Assembly: GCA_001603505.1 (NCBI GenBank)
Contig: LUZC01000012.1
Coordinates: 10,725 to 74,724, forward strand
Reading direction: 5' to 3'
DNA length: 64,000 nucleotides
DNA from: Bacteroidales bacterium Bact_11
Lineage (GTDB): Bacteria; Bacteroidota; Bacteroidia; Bacteroidales; UBA932
The notes under the pieces were generated by a model. The model was not told the origin of the DNA. It saw nothing but the letters and a program-made list of their open reading frames with translations, and ran no database searches. Of this stretch, positions 10,070-17,865 are shown piece by piece. Position 1 is the first letter of the stretch, and each line of letters starts with the position of its first letter. The position numbers and the translations under genes were made by a program.

Positions 10070-10528
10070 ATGAAGGTGCTGAAATCCTGGGGCTCGGCCG
10101 GTGAGGTCGTTTTGGGCCTCGATGCCGAAGACACCCGGGATTTGAAGATCCAGGAGCCGGTATTCATCGATTTCGATGAACTGCCGGTTCCTTTTTTTAT
10201 GGAATCCATCCAGACCAAAGGTAACCGTTTCATCGTCAAGTTTGAGGATGTCGATACGCTCGAGGCGGCAGAGGAACTTGTTGGCCGCATGGTGCGTATG
10301 TCCGAAACGGAGGAAGAGGAGGACGAGGGCATCGTCGGCATGCAGGTCCGCGATGCAAAGAGCCGCCGAATCATCGGGACCGTCGTCGATTTCAGCGATT
10401 ATGGCGGAAACACGCTCATCACGGTGGAAACCGCCCGCGGGGAAGTGATGCTGCCCCTCCACGAAGACCTCATCGTCAGCATCCACAACGATGTAATCAC
10501 CCTCGACATTCCGGAGGGTTTACTCTAA
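10070..10528 (+). CDS. rimM: 16S rRNA processing protein RimM
   Basis: Directly follows rpsP, the conserved order. 152 aa with a RimM-like N-terminal barrel (GEVVLGLD...) and a C-terminal PRC-like segment (MLPLHEDLIVSI). Confidence 0.8.
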   Translation: MKVLKSWGSAGEVVLGLDAEDTRDLKIQEPVFIDFDELPVPFFMESIQTKGNRFIVKFEDVDTLEAAEELVGRMVRMSETEEEEDEGIVGMQVRDAKSRRIIGTVVDFSDYGGNTLITVETARGEVMLPLHEDLIVSIHNDVITLDIPEGLL

Positions 10529-10538
10529 GAAACGAGTT

Positions 10539-10553
10539 TGGCACACGCTTTGC
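10539..10553 (+). promoter_or_regulatory. Sigma-54 (-24/-12) type promoter motif TGGCACA-CGCT-TTGC
   Basis: TGGCAC at 10539-10544, a 5-nt spacer, TTGC at 10550-10553. Same motif as copy A with one substitution. Confidence 0.5.
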
Positions 10554-10564
10554 TTAACCTAGAT

Positions 10565-10644
10565 TCGAATAGTTTTTTCATAGGTTAAGTTTTAGGTTAA
10601 AGGATAAGGCGACCCGTTCTGAAACGAGTCGCCTTTTTCCTTTT
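10565..10644 (+). ncRNA. Candidate ~80-nt sigma-54-dependent small RNA (copy B)
   Basis: Predicted start is about 12 nt after the -12 GC. Tandem TAGGTTAA motif, terminator hairpin at 10608-10633, then TTTTTCCTTTT. No ORF. Confidence 0.35.
10608..10633. terminator. Bidirectional intrinsic terminator hairpin between rimM (+) and the phosphohexomutase gene (-)
   Basis: GGCGACCCGT-TCTGAA-ACGAGTCGCC flanked by T-rich and A-rich tracts. Relative to copy A, the loop-closing pair is changed from C-G to T-A (compensatory). Confidence 0.7.
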
Positions 10645-10646
10645 AG

Positions 10647-10667
10647 ATGCCCGGCGGAGCCGGGCAT
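10647..10667 (-). terminator. Additional hairpin directly after the phosphohexomutase stop
   Basis: ATGCCCGG-CGGAG-CCGGGCAT: 8-bp perfect stem. No U-tract of its own. Confidence 0.35.
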
Positions 10668-10672
10668 GACGG

Positions 10673-12025
10673 TCACACGAACTGCTCGATGACCGAGCGG
10701 GCCTCGGCGATCTTCTCCTCGAGCAGCGGCAGCGTAGTGGCTTCGCAGAGGAAGCGCAGATACGGTTCCGTGTTCGACGGACGCACATTGAACCACCAGT
10801 CCTTGAATTCCACGCGGTAGCCGTCGAAATCGTAGAACGCCTGGCTCTGGTCGGCATCGGTGAAGTGTTTTTTCACGGCGTCCATGGCTTCCTTCTTGTT
10901 TTCCACGCGGAAATTGATTTCACCCGAGTTTTCATAGTGCTTGATGCGAGCGATGATTTCCGACAGGCGGACGCCTTTGCGCTTGAGCTTCGCGACAATG
11001 CCCAGCACCATGATGCCGGCCAGGATGCCGCTGTCGCTGTAGAAAAAGTCACGGAAATAGTAGTGTCCGGCCACCTCGCCGCCCCACACGCCGTCGAGTT
11101 CGCGGAGACGCGGCGCGGCAAATGCACGGCCGACTTTCCACATGGCGATTTCGGCACCCAGCGGCTCGAGATACTCCGCCACGGATTTCGAACTGCGGAT
11201 GTCCTGCAGCACGATGCCTTTCTGGCCTTTCTCCTTGATGAAATACTCACCCAAGAGCGCAATGATCAGGTCGGGCGCGATAAACCGGCCCGTCTCGTCG
11301 ATAAACATCACACGGTCGGCATCGCCGTCGTAGATGACACCCACATCGCACTTTTCAGCGATGACCAGCTTCTGCAGGTCGACCACGTTCTCAGGCTGGA
11401 ACGGATTGGCTTCGTGGTTGGGGAAACTGCCGTCAAGTGTATCGTAGAGATAGAGCGGCTGGTCGCCATAGATGTCGTGAACGAAGATGGAGGCCATCCC
11501 ATTGGAGCAGTCCATGCCGATCTTCAGGTTGGAAATGTCCCGCTTGAAGGACTTGAGGAACGCGACATACTCGGCGCGGACGTCAAAGTCGCGGACCGAA
11601 CCACGCTCTTCGGCCACCGGCGTAGGACGCTCTTCCAGGATCCAGCGCTCGATGGTGCTCAAGCCGGAGTCGTAGCCCACAGGAAGGGCCAGTTCGCGGG
11701 AAATCTTCAGGCCGTTGTCTTCCTTGGGATTGTGCGAGGCCGTAATCTGGATGGAGGCTTTGAAACCGTGTTTTGCCGTAACGTAATACACAAAAGGCGT
11801 GGTACTCAAGCCCAGGTCCCAGACCTCGGCACCAGCGTCGAGCAGGCCCGCGAGCACTGCTTCGTGAAGCGTCGGAGAAGAGAGGCGCATGTCGCGTCCA
11901 ATCAGCACCCGCTTCGTGTCGAGCAGTTCAGGAAGGAAATAAGCCACTTTATAGGCAATGTCAGGGGTCAGGTCGGTACCGAAGTGACCTCGGATGTCAT
12001 AAGCGTGGAAAGCCTTGAGTTTCAT
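10673..12025 (-). CDS. Phosphomannomutase/phosphoglucomutase (alpha-D-phosphohexomutase family)
   Basis: Active-site loop TASHNPKEDNG and metal-binding loop DGDADR. 450 aa. Confidence 0.9.
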   Translation of the reverse strand: MKLKAFHAYDIRGHFGTDLTPDIAYKVAYFLPELLDTKRVLIGRDMRLSSPTLHEAVLAGLLDAGAEVWDLGLSTTPFVYYVTAKHGFKASIQITASHNPKEDNGLKISRELALPVGYDSGLSTIERWILEERPTPVAEERGSVRDFDVRAEYVAFLKSFKRDISNLKIGMDCSNGMASIFVHDIYGDQPLYLYDTLDGSFPNHEANPFQPENVVDLQKLVIAEKCDVGVIYDGDADRVMFIDETGRFIAPDLIIALLGEYFIKEKGQKGIVLQDIRSSKSVAEYLEPLGAEIAMWKVGRAFAAPRLRELDGVWGGEVAGHYYFRDFFYSDSGILAGIMVLGIVAKLKRKGVRLSEIIARIKHYENSGEINFRVENKKEAMDAVKKHFTDADQSQAFYDFDGYRVEFKDWWFNVRPSNTEPYLRFLCEATTLPLLEEKIAEARSVIEQFV

Positions 12026-12032
12026 ATGATTA

Positions 12033-12590
12033 TTATTTATCTGTTTTCACGCGGTAGCGGGTGTGAACTTTCCCCTTGGTGATGTTCATCAACTTGCCGG
12101 TGAGCATTTTCCGGCGGATGGGCGAGGCATGGTCGGTAAAGAGGATGCCATCGAGGTGGTCCATCTCGTGCTGGATCATCCGGGCGGCGAATCCCTCGAA
12201 ATCTTCTTCTTTCTCCTCGAAATCGGGACTGATGTAGCGCACCCTGATCTTGGCGGGACGCGAAATCTCGGCATCGACACTGGGAATGCTCAGGCAACCC
12301 TCTTCATAGGCGCAGGTCTCTTCGCTTTCGAAGGTGAAGCGGGGATTGATCATCTCGCGGTGGAAGCCCTTGAGAGCGGGGAACCGGTCGGACAGGTCGT
12401 CGCCGTCGACCACCAGGATCCGCTTGGAAACACCCACCTGCGGGGCGGCCAGGCCGCAGCCGTCGGCGTGGTGCATCGTTTCTATCATGTCGGCGATCAG
12501 CTGCCTGAGTCCTTCGCGGTCGGACAGGTCGGCTTCCTGCGCTCTCGTACGCAGGACTTGCGAGCCATATAAAAAGATAGGGAGTATCAT
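12033..12590 (-). CDS. def: Peptide deformylase
   Basis: Motifs GLAAPQVG, EGCLS and HEMDH. Confidence 0.95.
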   Translation of the reverse strand: MILPIFLYGSQVLRTRAQEADLSDREGLRQLIADMIETMHHADGCGLAAPQVGVSKRILVVDGDDLSDRFPALKGFHREMINPRFTFESEETCAYEEGCLSIPSVDAEISRPAKIRVRYISPDFEEKEEDFEGFAARMIQHEMDHLDGILFTDHASPIRRKMLTGKLMNITKGKVHTRYRVKTDK

Positions 12591-13009
12591 GTCGTAGGTT
12601 TGTCTCTGTCAAGCCAGGTCTGGAGAATGATCGCAGCACTCACCTTGTCGACGGAAGCCTTGTCGCGGCGGTCCATCTTCTTCATGCCGCCGTCGATCAG
12701 CGCCCGGTGGGCCAGGACGGAGGTGAAACGCTCGTCTTCGAGGGTGACCGGGATGTCGGGAAAATGCTTCTTCAGCAACTTCAGGAACACATCCACGTCG
12801 GCGGCCGCCTCGGAGGGCGTATTGTCGAGGTTCATCGGGTAGCCGACCACGAAGCGTTCGACGGCCTGGTTTTCGGCATATTTTTTCAGATAATCTATTA
12901 TCTTTGCAGACGGAACAGTCTCCAGGGCGGACGCGAAAATCCGGAGGGGGTCGCTGACCGCAACCCCTACGCGCTTCCTTCCATAGTCGATTCCCAGGAT
13001 CCTGTCCAT
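12587..13009 (-). CDS. ruvX: Putative pre-16S rRNA nuclease / Holliday junction resolvase-like YqgF
   Basis: MDRILGIDYGRKRVGVAVSD is the typical YqgF N-terminus. The start is set at the ATG at 13009 because the ORF-track start at 13039 lies upstream of the -7 box at 13016-13023. ATGA overlap with def. Confidence 0.88.
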   Translation of the reverse strand: MDRILGIDYGRKRVGVAVSDPLRIFASALETVPSAKIIDYLKKYAENQAVERFVVGYPMNLDNTPSEAAADVDVFLKLLKKHFPDIPVTLEDERFTSVLAHRALIDGGMKKMDRRDKASVDKVSAAIILQTWLDRDKPTT

Positions 13010-13015
13010 ACTTTG

Positions 13016-13023
13016 CAAAGTTA
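13016..13023 (-). promoter_or_regulatory. -7 promoter box TAacTTTG (ruvX-def)
   Basis: The minus strand reads TAACTTTG, 6 nt upstream of the ATG at 13009. It is embedded in the palindrome CTTTGCAAAG (13011-13020). Confidence 0.5.
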
Positions 13024-13032
13024 ACGAATTAT

Positions 13033-13815
13033 ATGGCAAAACAAGAAAGAAAATTCGACCGGCGGGGGGTGTTCTCCTTCGTAGCCTTCGGGCTCGTGGT
13101 GATGCTGCTCACCTACCTGGTCGTCGCCCATACACCACTGCGCCGCACCATTCCCGGCTATCCCACGCGTGAGACGCAGCTGGCAGCCATCGAGAATTAC
13201 CAACGGATCGACTCACTCGAAAAGATTGTGAACCTGTGGGCGTTCCAAGTGGCCAATATCCAGCGGGTGGCCACCGGACGTGAGCCGCTCCCACTCGACT
13301 CCATGCGGCTCGCCAAAGTGGAAACCGTGCTCGACGAAGCCGAACTGGCCGGTTTCCGCCAGAGTGACTCGCTGCTGCGGGCACAGGTGGAACAGGCCGA
13401 TGCGGAACGGCTGGCCCGTCCTGAGCCAGGACGCATCGAGTCGCTCAAGCAACTCAAGTTCACACGCCCGTTGAAAGGCACGGTTCAAGAGGGGTTCAGC
13501 CGCACCGGAAGCCATTCATACATCGAAATCACGGCGCCTTCGGGCACGCAGGTCTGTGCCCCGCTCGACGGACGCATCATCTCGGCCGAATGGAGCGAAC
13601 TGGAAGGCTGCACGCTCAAGCTGCAGCATGAAAGCGACCTGACCACCATCTACCGCCATGCCGGCAAACTACTCAAAAGCGTTGGAGAAGAAGTCAAGGC
13701 CGGTGGCGCCATCGCCACCGTGGGCGAGACAGGCGAACTTTCACAGGCCCATATCTTCTTCGAACTCCGCTATAAGAACCAGGCCATCGATCCGGCCCTC
13801 TACATCGAATTCTGA
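13033..13815 (+). CDS. Membrane-anchored coiled-coil protein with a C-terminal M23/LytM domain (partly degenerate, EnvC-like)
   Basis: N-terminal TM (FSFVAFGLVVMLLTYLVV). LytM-like block SHSYIEITAPSGTQVCAPLDGRII...TIYRHAG...GETGELSQAHIFFEL. The HxxxD position reads HSYIE and the HxH position reads HIF. Confidence 0.78.
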   Translation: MAKQERKFDRRGVFSFVAFGLVVMLLTYLVVAHTPLRRTIPGYPTRETQLAAIENYQRIDSLEKIVNLWAFQVANIQRVATGREPLPLDSMRLAKVETVLDEAELAGFRQSDSLLRAQVEQADAERLARPEPGRIESLKQLKFTRPLKGTVQEGFSRTGSHSYIEITAPSGTQVCAPLDGRIISAEWSELEGCTLKLQHESDLTTIYRHAGKLLKSVGEEVKAGGAIATVGETGELSQAHIFFELRYKNQAIDPALYIEF

Positions 13816-14987
13816 TGGAAGCCACTCCAAAACGGCGCATTGCCATCCTCGGATCAACCGGGTCGATTGGCACCCAGGCGCTCGACGTCATCGCACGTCA
13901 TCCCGACCTGTTCGAGGTTGAACTGCTCACCGCCCGAAACAACAGTACCCTGCTCATCGAACAGGCCCGGCAATTCAACCCTTCTGCGGTCGTCATCTGC
14001 AATCCCGACCTTTACGATGAAGTCGCATCTGCGCTCGATCCTCTTTATATCAAAGTTTTCACTGGTATCGACTCCATCTGCGACCTGGTCCAGGGCGAGC
14101 ATGTTGACATGGTACTCACCGCCATGGTGGGATTCAGCGGACTGAAACCCACGCTTTCTGCCATCAAAGCGGGCAAGGCCATCGCCCTGGCCAACAAAGA
14201 GACGCTGGTCGCCGCCGGCAGCCTGGTGATACCCCTGGCCCGGAAATACGGCGCTCCGATCCTCCCGGTCGATTCGGAGCATTCCGCCATCTTCCAATGC
14301 CTGCAGGGCGAGCATGCCACGCTTGAGAGAATCCTCCTCACCGGCTCAGGCGGGCCCTTCCTCCACAGCAGCCGCGAAGAGATCGCTGCTGCAACACGGG
14401 AACAAGCCCTCAATCATCCCCGCTGGAAGATGGGCGCCAAAGTAACCATCGACTCGGCCAGTCTCATGAACAAGGGGCTGGAAGTCATCGAGGCACGCTG
14501 GCTCTTCAACGTTGAGCCCAAGGACATCGTGGTGGTGATCCACCCGCAATCCATCATCCACTCCATGGTTCAGTTCTCCGACGGCTGCGTGATGGCCCAA
14601 CTCAGCCAGCCCGATATGCGGCTGCCCATCCAGTATGCGCTCTCTTATCCCAGACGCATCGACCTGGACACCCGCCGTATCGATTTCTCCGAGCTGGCCC
14701 AACTCTCCTTCGAACAACCCGACCTGGAAAGGTTCCCGTGCCTGGGCCTCGCCTACGGCGCGCTGGAGAAAGGCGGCAATGCCACCTGCATCATGAATGG
14801 CGCCAACGAAGAAGCCGTAGCGGCGTTTTTGGAACAAAGAATCGGCTTCCCGCAGATCCCGCAAGTCATCGCCGAAGTAATGGCACGCTGCCCGTTTATC
14901 GCACAACCTTCCCTCGAAGACATTTATAGCACGGATTTTGAAGCGAAACGCCTGGCCGCTGAAATCATCGAAAGCATCCGACACTGA
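13815..14987 (+). CDS. dxr: 1-deoxy-D-xylulose 5-phosphate reductoisomerase
   Basis: N-terminal NADPH-binding ILGSTGSIGTQALDV, and LANKETLV. 390 aa. Start overlaps the stop of the upstream gene. Confidence 0.95.
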   Translation: MEATPKRRIAILGSTGSIGTQALDVIARHPDLFEVELLTARNNSTLLIEQARQFNPSAVVICNPDLYDEVASALDPLYIKVFTGIDSICDLVQGEHVDMVLTAMVGFSGLKPTLSAIKAGKAIALANKETLVAAGSLVIPLARKYGAPILPVDSEHSAIFQCLQGEHATLERILLTGSGGPFLHSSREEIAAATREQALNHPRWKMGAKVTIDSASLMNKGLEVIEARWLFNVEPKDIVVVIHPQSIIHSMVQFSDGCVMAQLSQPDMRLPIQYALSYPRRIDLDTRRIDFSELAQLSFEQPDLERFPCLGLAYGALEKGGNATCIMNGANEEAVAAFLEQRIGFPQIPQVIAEVMARCPFIAQPSLEDIYSTDFEAKRLAAEIIESIRH

Positions 14988-16372
14988 TGGTAGTAGTACT
15001 GCTAAAAATCATCCAGGTCATCCTGGCTCTCTCCCTGCTCGTTCTTTTCCATGAATTCGGGCACTATACCTTCGCGAAACTCTTCAAGACGCGCGTCGAA
15101 AAATTCTATCTTTTCTTCAACCCCAGATTCTCGCTGGTCAAATTCAAGCGGTTTGACGGCAAATGGCACTGCAAGGTGCTCTCTTCCAACGAAGATTCCG
15201 AGTGGGACCAGCATCCGGAGAACACAGAATACGGCATCGGATGGCTGCCTTTCGGCGGCTACTGCAAGATTGCGGGAATGGTCGACGAGTCGATGGACAC
15301 CGAAGCCCTGAAGCTTCCGCCCCAGCCCTATGAGTTCCGCACCAAGAAAGCATGGCAGCGCTTCTTCATCATGTCAGGCGGAGTACTGTTCAACTTCCTT
15401 CTGGCCATTATCCTTTATGCCGCTATATTCAGAACATGGGGAGAAGAGTACCTTCGTACCGACGATGCCGTTTACGGCATTGCCGTCAACGACCTGTCGT
15501 ATGAAATCGGTTTCCGGGATGGCGACCGGATTCTCGACTTCGACGGTGTCCCGACCGAGAATTTTGCCAACCTGCAGGTCGACCTGGTCCGCTCGCAGGC
15601 CCACGAAGCCACGGTCCTGCGTGGCGGTGATACCGTGACGGTCGCCATCGACCCGGTTTATCTCCCGGCCATGCTCAACACCCCGGGCATGTTCGACCTG
15701 GCCTTCCCCTTCGTGGTCAAGGAAGTCTCGCCCGATTCGCCCAATGCGGAAAGCGGCCTGCTTCCGGGCGACGAGATGGTTGGTATCGACGGACAGGAGA
15801 TGTTCCTCGTCCAGCCCATCCATCGCGAACTCGCCAAACACAGGGGAGAATCGGTCACGGCCGACCTGCGCCGCGCCGACACGCAGCTGGAACTCCCGCT
15901 GCTGGTCGATACGGCTGGCCACATCGGTGTGCTGCTCGATACCGACCTGAACAAGTATTTCCATGTCACCACGCGTGACTACACGCTGCTTTCCGCCATC
16001 CCCGCCGGTGCCAGAAAGACTTGGAACACCATCAAGGGATACATCCAGGAACTGGGCTTGATCTTCTCGCCCAAGACACAGGCCTACAAGTCTGTGGGCA
16101 GTTTCATTGCCATCGGGCGCATCTTCCCCGATACCTGGGACTGGTTCCGGTTCTGGTCGCTCTGCGCCCTGCTCTCCATCATGCTGGGCGTGATGAACCT
16201 GCTGCCGATTCCCGCACTCGACGGCGGACATATCCTCTTCCTGATCTTCGAGATGATCACGGGGCGCAAGCCTTCCGACAGATTCATGATTGTCGCCGAG
16301 TGGGTGGGCATGATCCTGCTCATCATGCTGATGGTGCTGGCGTTCGGCAACGACATCCGCAGCCTCTTCTGA
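14987..16372 (+). CDS. rseP: RIP metalloprotease RseP (site-2 protease, M50)
   Basis: HEFGH in the first TM, a PDZ-like middle region, and NLLPIPALDGGH. Conserved dxr-rseP adjacency. Confidence 0.9.
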   Translation: MVVVLLKIIQVILALSLLVLFHEFGHYTFAKLFKTRVEKFYLFFNPRFSLVKFKRFDGKWHCKVLSSNEDSEWDQHPENTEYGIGWLPFGGYCKIAGMVDESMDTEALKLPPQPYEFRTKKAWQRFFIMSGGVLFNFLLAIILYAAIFRTWGEEYLRTDDAVYGIAVNDLSYEIGFRDGDRILDFDGVPTENFANLQVDLVRSQAHEATVLRGGDTVTVAIDPVYLPAMLNTPGMFDLAFPFVVKEVSPDSPNAESGLLPGDEMVGIDGQEMFLVQPIHRELAKHRGESVTADLRRADTQLELPLLVDTAGHIGVLLDTDLNKYFHVTTRDYTLLSAIPAGARKTWNTIKGYIQELGLIFSPKTQAYKSVGSFIAIGRIFPDTWDWFRFWSLCALLSIMLGVMNLLPIPALDGGHILFLIFEMITGRKPSDRFMIVAEWVGMILLIMLMVLAFGNDIRSLF

Positions 16373-16374
16373 AA

Positions 16375-17376
16375 ATGACAAACCTTTTTCCCATGAAAAC
16401 ATACCATATCCTCCCGGTTGTCCTGCTCGCGAGCCTGATGCTCCTGGCAGGCTGCAAGAAAGAACAGAAACCCCAGATTCTGCCGTCGATCAGCGGCAAG
16501 GCCGGCGAAGTGGAGATCGTCTCTCCCAAGAACGTGTGGGAATCGGAAGCCGGCAATGCCGTGCGTACCGTCCTGCAGGCGGAGTATCCTTTCACCCCGC
16601 AGAAAGAAAGCAAGTACCGCATCTACAACGTTCCGCCGGAAGGATTTGTCAACGTGTTCCGGTTACACCGCAACATCCTCTATCTCCACATCGCCGACAC
16701 CTGCGCAAAAAGAATGACCATCAGCAAAAACGTATGGGCCGAACCCCAGACGATGATTACCGTCTTCGCGCCTGACGAAGCCGCTGCCGCCGAAGTGATC
16801 CTGCTGCAGAACGAAAAGATCTGCGAAGCATTCGAAGATGCGGAACGCGAACGCGTAATCTACAACGCCAAGAAATTCGAGAACGCCTCGCTCGCCCAGA
16901 CCATCCGCTCGCAGTTCGGCGGAAGTCCCTGGTTCCCCTCTTCCTATACCATGAAGAAGAATACCGACGACTTCGCCTGGATCTCCTACGAGACGACCTA
17001 TACCACGCAGGGCATCTTCATCTACAAGTTCCCTTACACCGGGCCTGAGCAGTTCACCCGCGAGGCCCTCGTGGCCAAACGCAACGAAGTGATGAAAGAG
17101 AACGTGCCCGGCACGCTCGAAGGCAGCTACATGATCACCAATCCTGTCATCACGCCCGGCTACTGGCAGAAGTCCTACAAAGGCCGTGAATTCACCGAGA
17201 TCCGTTCGCTGTGGGAGACCCAGAACGACTACATGGGCGGCCCGTTCATCAGCGATGCGTTCCGCAGTTCTGACGGTAAGGATGTGATTGTCATCGAGGG
17301 ATTTGTTTACGCGCCCAAGTACGACAAACGCGACTATTTGCGCCAGGTGGAAGCCATCATCTATTCCTGGCACTAA
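16375..17376 (+). CDS. Conserved hypothetical lipoprotein
   Basis: Lipoprotein signal [21 protein letters not shown]. The ORF-track start at 16021 lies inside rseP in another frame. The ATG at 16375 (or 16393) follows the rseP stop. Confidence 0.7.
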   Translation: MTNLFPMKTYHILPVVLLASLMLLAGCKKEQKPQILPSISGKAGEVEIVSPKNVWESEAGNAVRTVLQAEYPFTPQKESKYRIYNVPPEGFVNVFRLHRNILYLHIADTCAKRMTISKNVWAEPQTMITVFAPDEAAAAEVILLQNEKICEAFEDAERERVIYNAKKFENASLAQTIRSQFGGSPWFPSSYTMKKNTDDFAWISYETTYTTQGIFIYKFPYTGPEQFTREALVAKRNEVMKENVPGTLEGSYMITNPVITPGYWQKSYKGREFTEIRSLWETQNDYMGGPFISDAFRSSDGKDVIVIEGFVYAPKYDKRDYLRQVEAIIYSWH

Positions 17377-17405
17377 AAAAAATTTGTTATCGGAAAAACT
17401 TTTTC

Positions 17406-17413
17406 TATCTTTG
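17406..17413 (+). promoter_or_regulatory. -7 promoter box TAtcTTTG (tRNA-Glu / rpsT)
   Basis: TATCTTTG lies 29 nt upstream of the tRNA 5' end. Confidence 0.55.
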
Positions 17414-17442
17414 CGGTCCCATTCTGAGAAGAGTGGGCCAGC

Positions 17443-17517
17443 GGCGGGTTCGTCTATCGGCTAGGACGAGAGATTTTCATTCTCTAAAGAGGAGTTCGAC
17501 TCTCCTACCCGCTACCA
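17443..17517 (+). tRNA. tRNA-Glu (anticodon TTC), CCA encoded
   Basis: Folded by hand. Acceptor GGCGGGT/ACCCGCT (G1-U72). U8. D-arm GTCT-ATCGGCTA-GGAC. Anticodon arm AGAGA-TTTTCAT-TCTCT. 4-nt variable loop. T-arm AGGAG-TTCGACT-CTCCT. Discriminator A, then CCA. 75 nt. Confidence 0.87.
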
Positions 17518-17537
17518 AAAATATAAAAAATAAAGTA

Positions 17538-17792
17538 ATGGCAAATCACGCATCAGCAGACAAGCGTTTCCGCCAGAGTGAGAAACGCCGCGTACATAAC
17601 AAGTACTATGCACGCACAACCCGCAACGCCATCAAGGCGATCCGCAATACGACCGACAAGGCAGCAGCCGAGGCTTCCATGCCGAAGGTGTTCGCAATGA
17701 TCGACAAACTCGCAAAGATCAACGTCATCCACAAGAACAAGGCGGCCAACCTGAAGAGCGGAATCGCAGTTTATGTGAACAAGCTCGCATAA
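17538..17792 (+). CDS. rpsT: 30S ribosomal protein S20
   Basis: [24 protein letters not shown]... is canonical S20. The ORF-track start at 17433 reads through the tRNA. Confidence 0.93.
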   Translation: MANHASADKRFRQSEKRRVHNKYYARTTRNAIKAIRNTTDKAAAEASMPKVFAMIDKLAKINVIHKNKAANLKSGIAVYVNKLA

Positions 17793-17820
17793 ATTGCTTT
17801 TTTGACGGGAAAATCTGAAA

Positions 17821-17852
17821 AAACTTTCCAACCTTTGTTGGAAAGTTTTTTT
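17821..17852 (+). terminator. Rho-independent terminator after rpsT
   Basis: CTTTCCAAC-CTTT-GTTGGAAAG (17824-17845) flanked by an A-run and T7. Confidence 0.8.
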
Positions 17853-17865
17853 ATATCCCGTCACC

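Larger units (their letters stand above)
10537..10644 (+). repeat. Copy B of the ~110-nt intergenic element; inverted relative to copy A at 5271-5383
   Basis: See copy A. Starts 9 nt after the rimM stop. Confidence 0.9.

Noticed and set aside
10554-10589. Hairpin TTAACCTA...TAGGTTAA within the duplicated element (also 5326-5365), considered as an RNA stem-loop of the candidate sRNA.
   Set aside because: The 5' arm lies between the -12 element and the predicted transcription start, so it would not be part of a sigma-54-initiated RNA. It could still form in read-through transcripts from the upstream gene, but I cannot tell that apart from chance complementarity to the TAGGTTAA repeat.
16021-16374. 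ORF-track extension of the lipoprotein gene into rseP; also 21017-21166, 37936-38004, 43900-43932, 45496-45561, 55937-56221, 60031-60156 and 60847-60870.
   Set aside because: These upstream extensions overlap the preceding gene in another frame, or precede the -7 promoter box. The recognisable protein (signal peptide or conserved N-terminus) starts at the internal Met used in the feature list.
17433-17537. ORF-track extension of rpsT upstream to 17433.
   Set aside because: The extension reads straight through a well-folding tRNA-Glu. Canonical S20 begins at the ATG at 17538.
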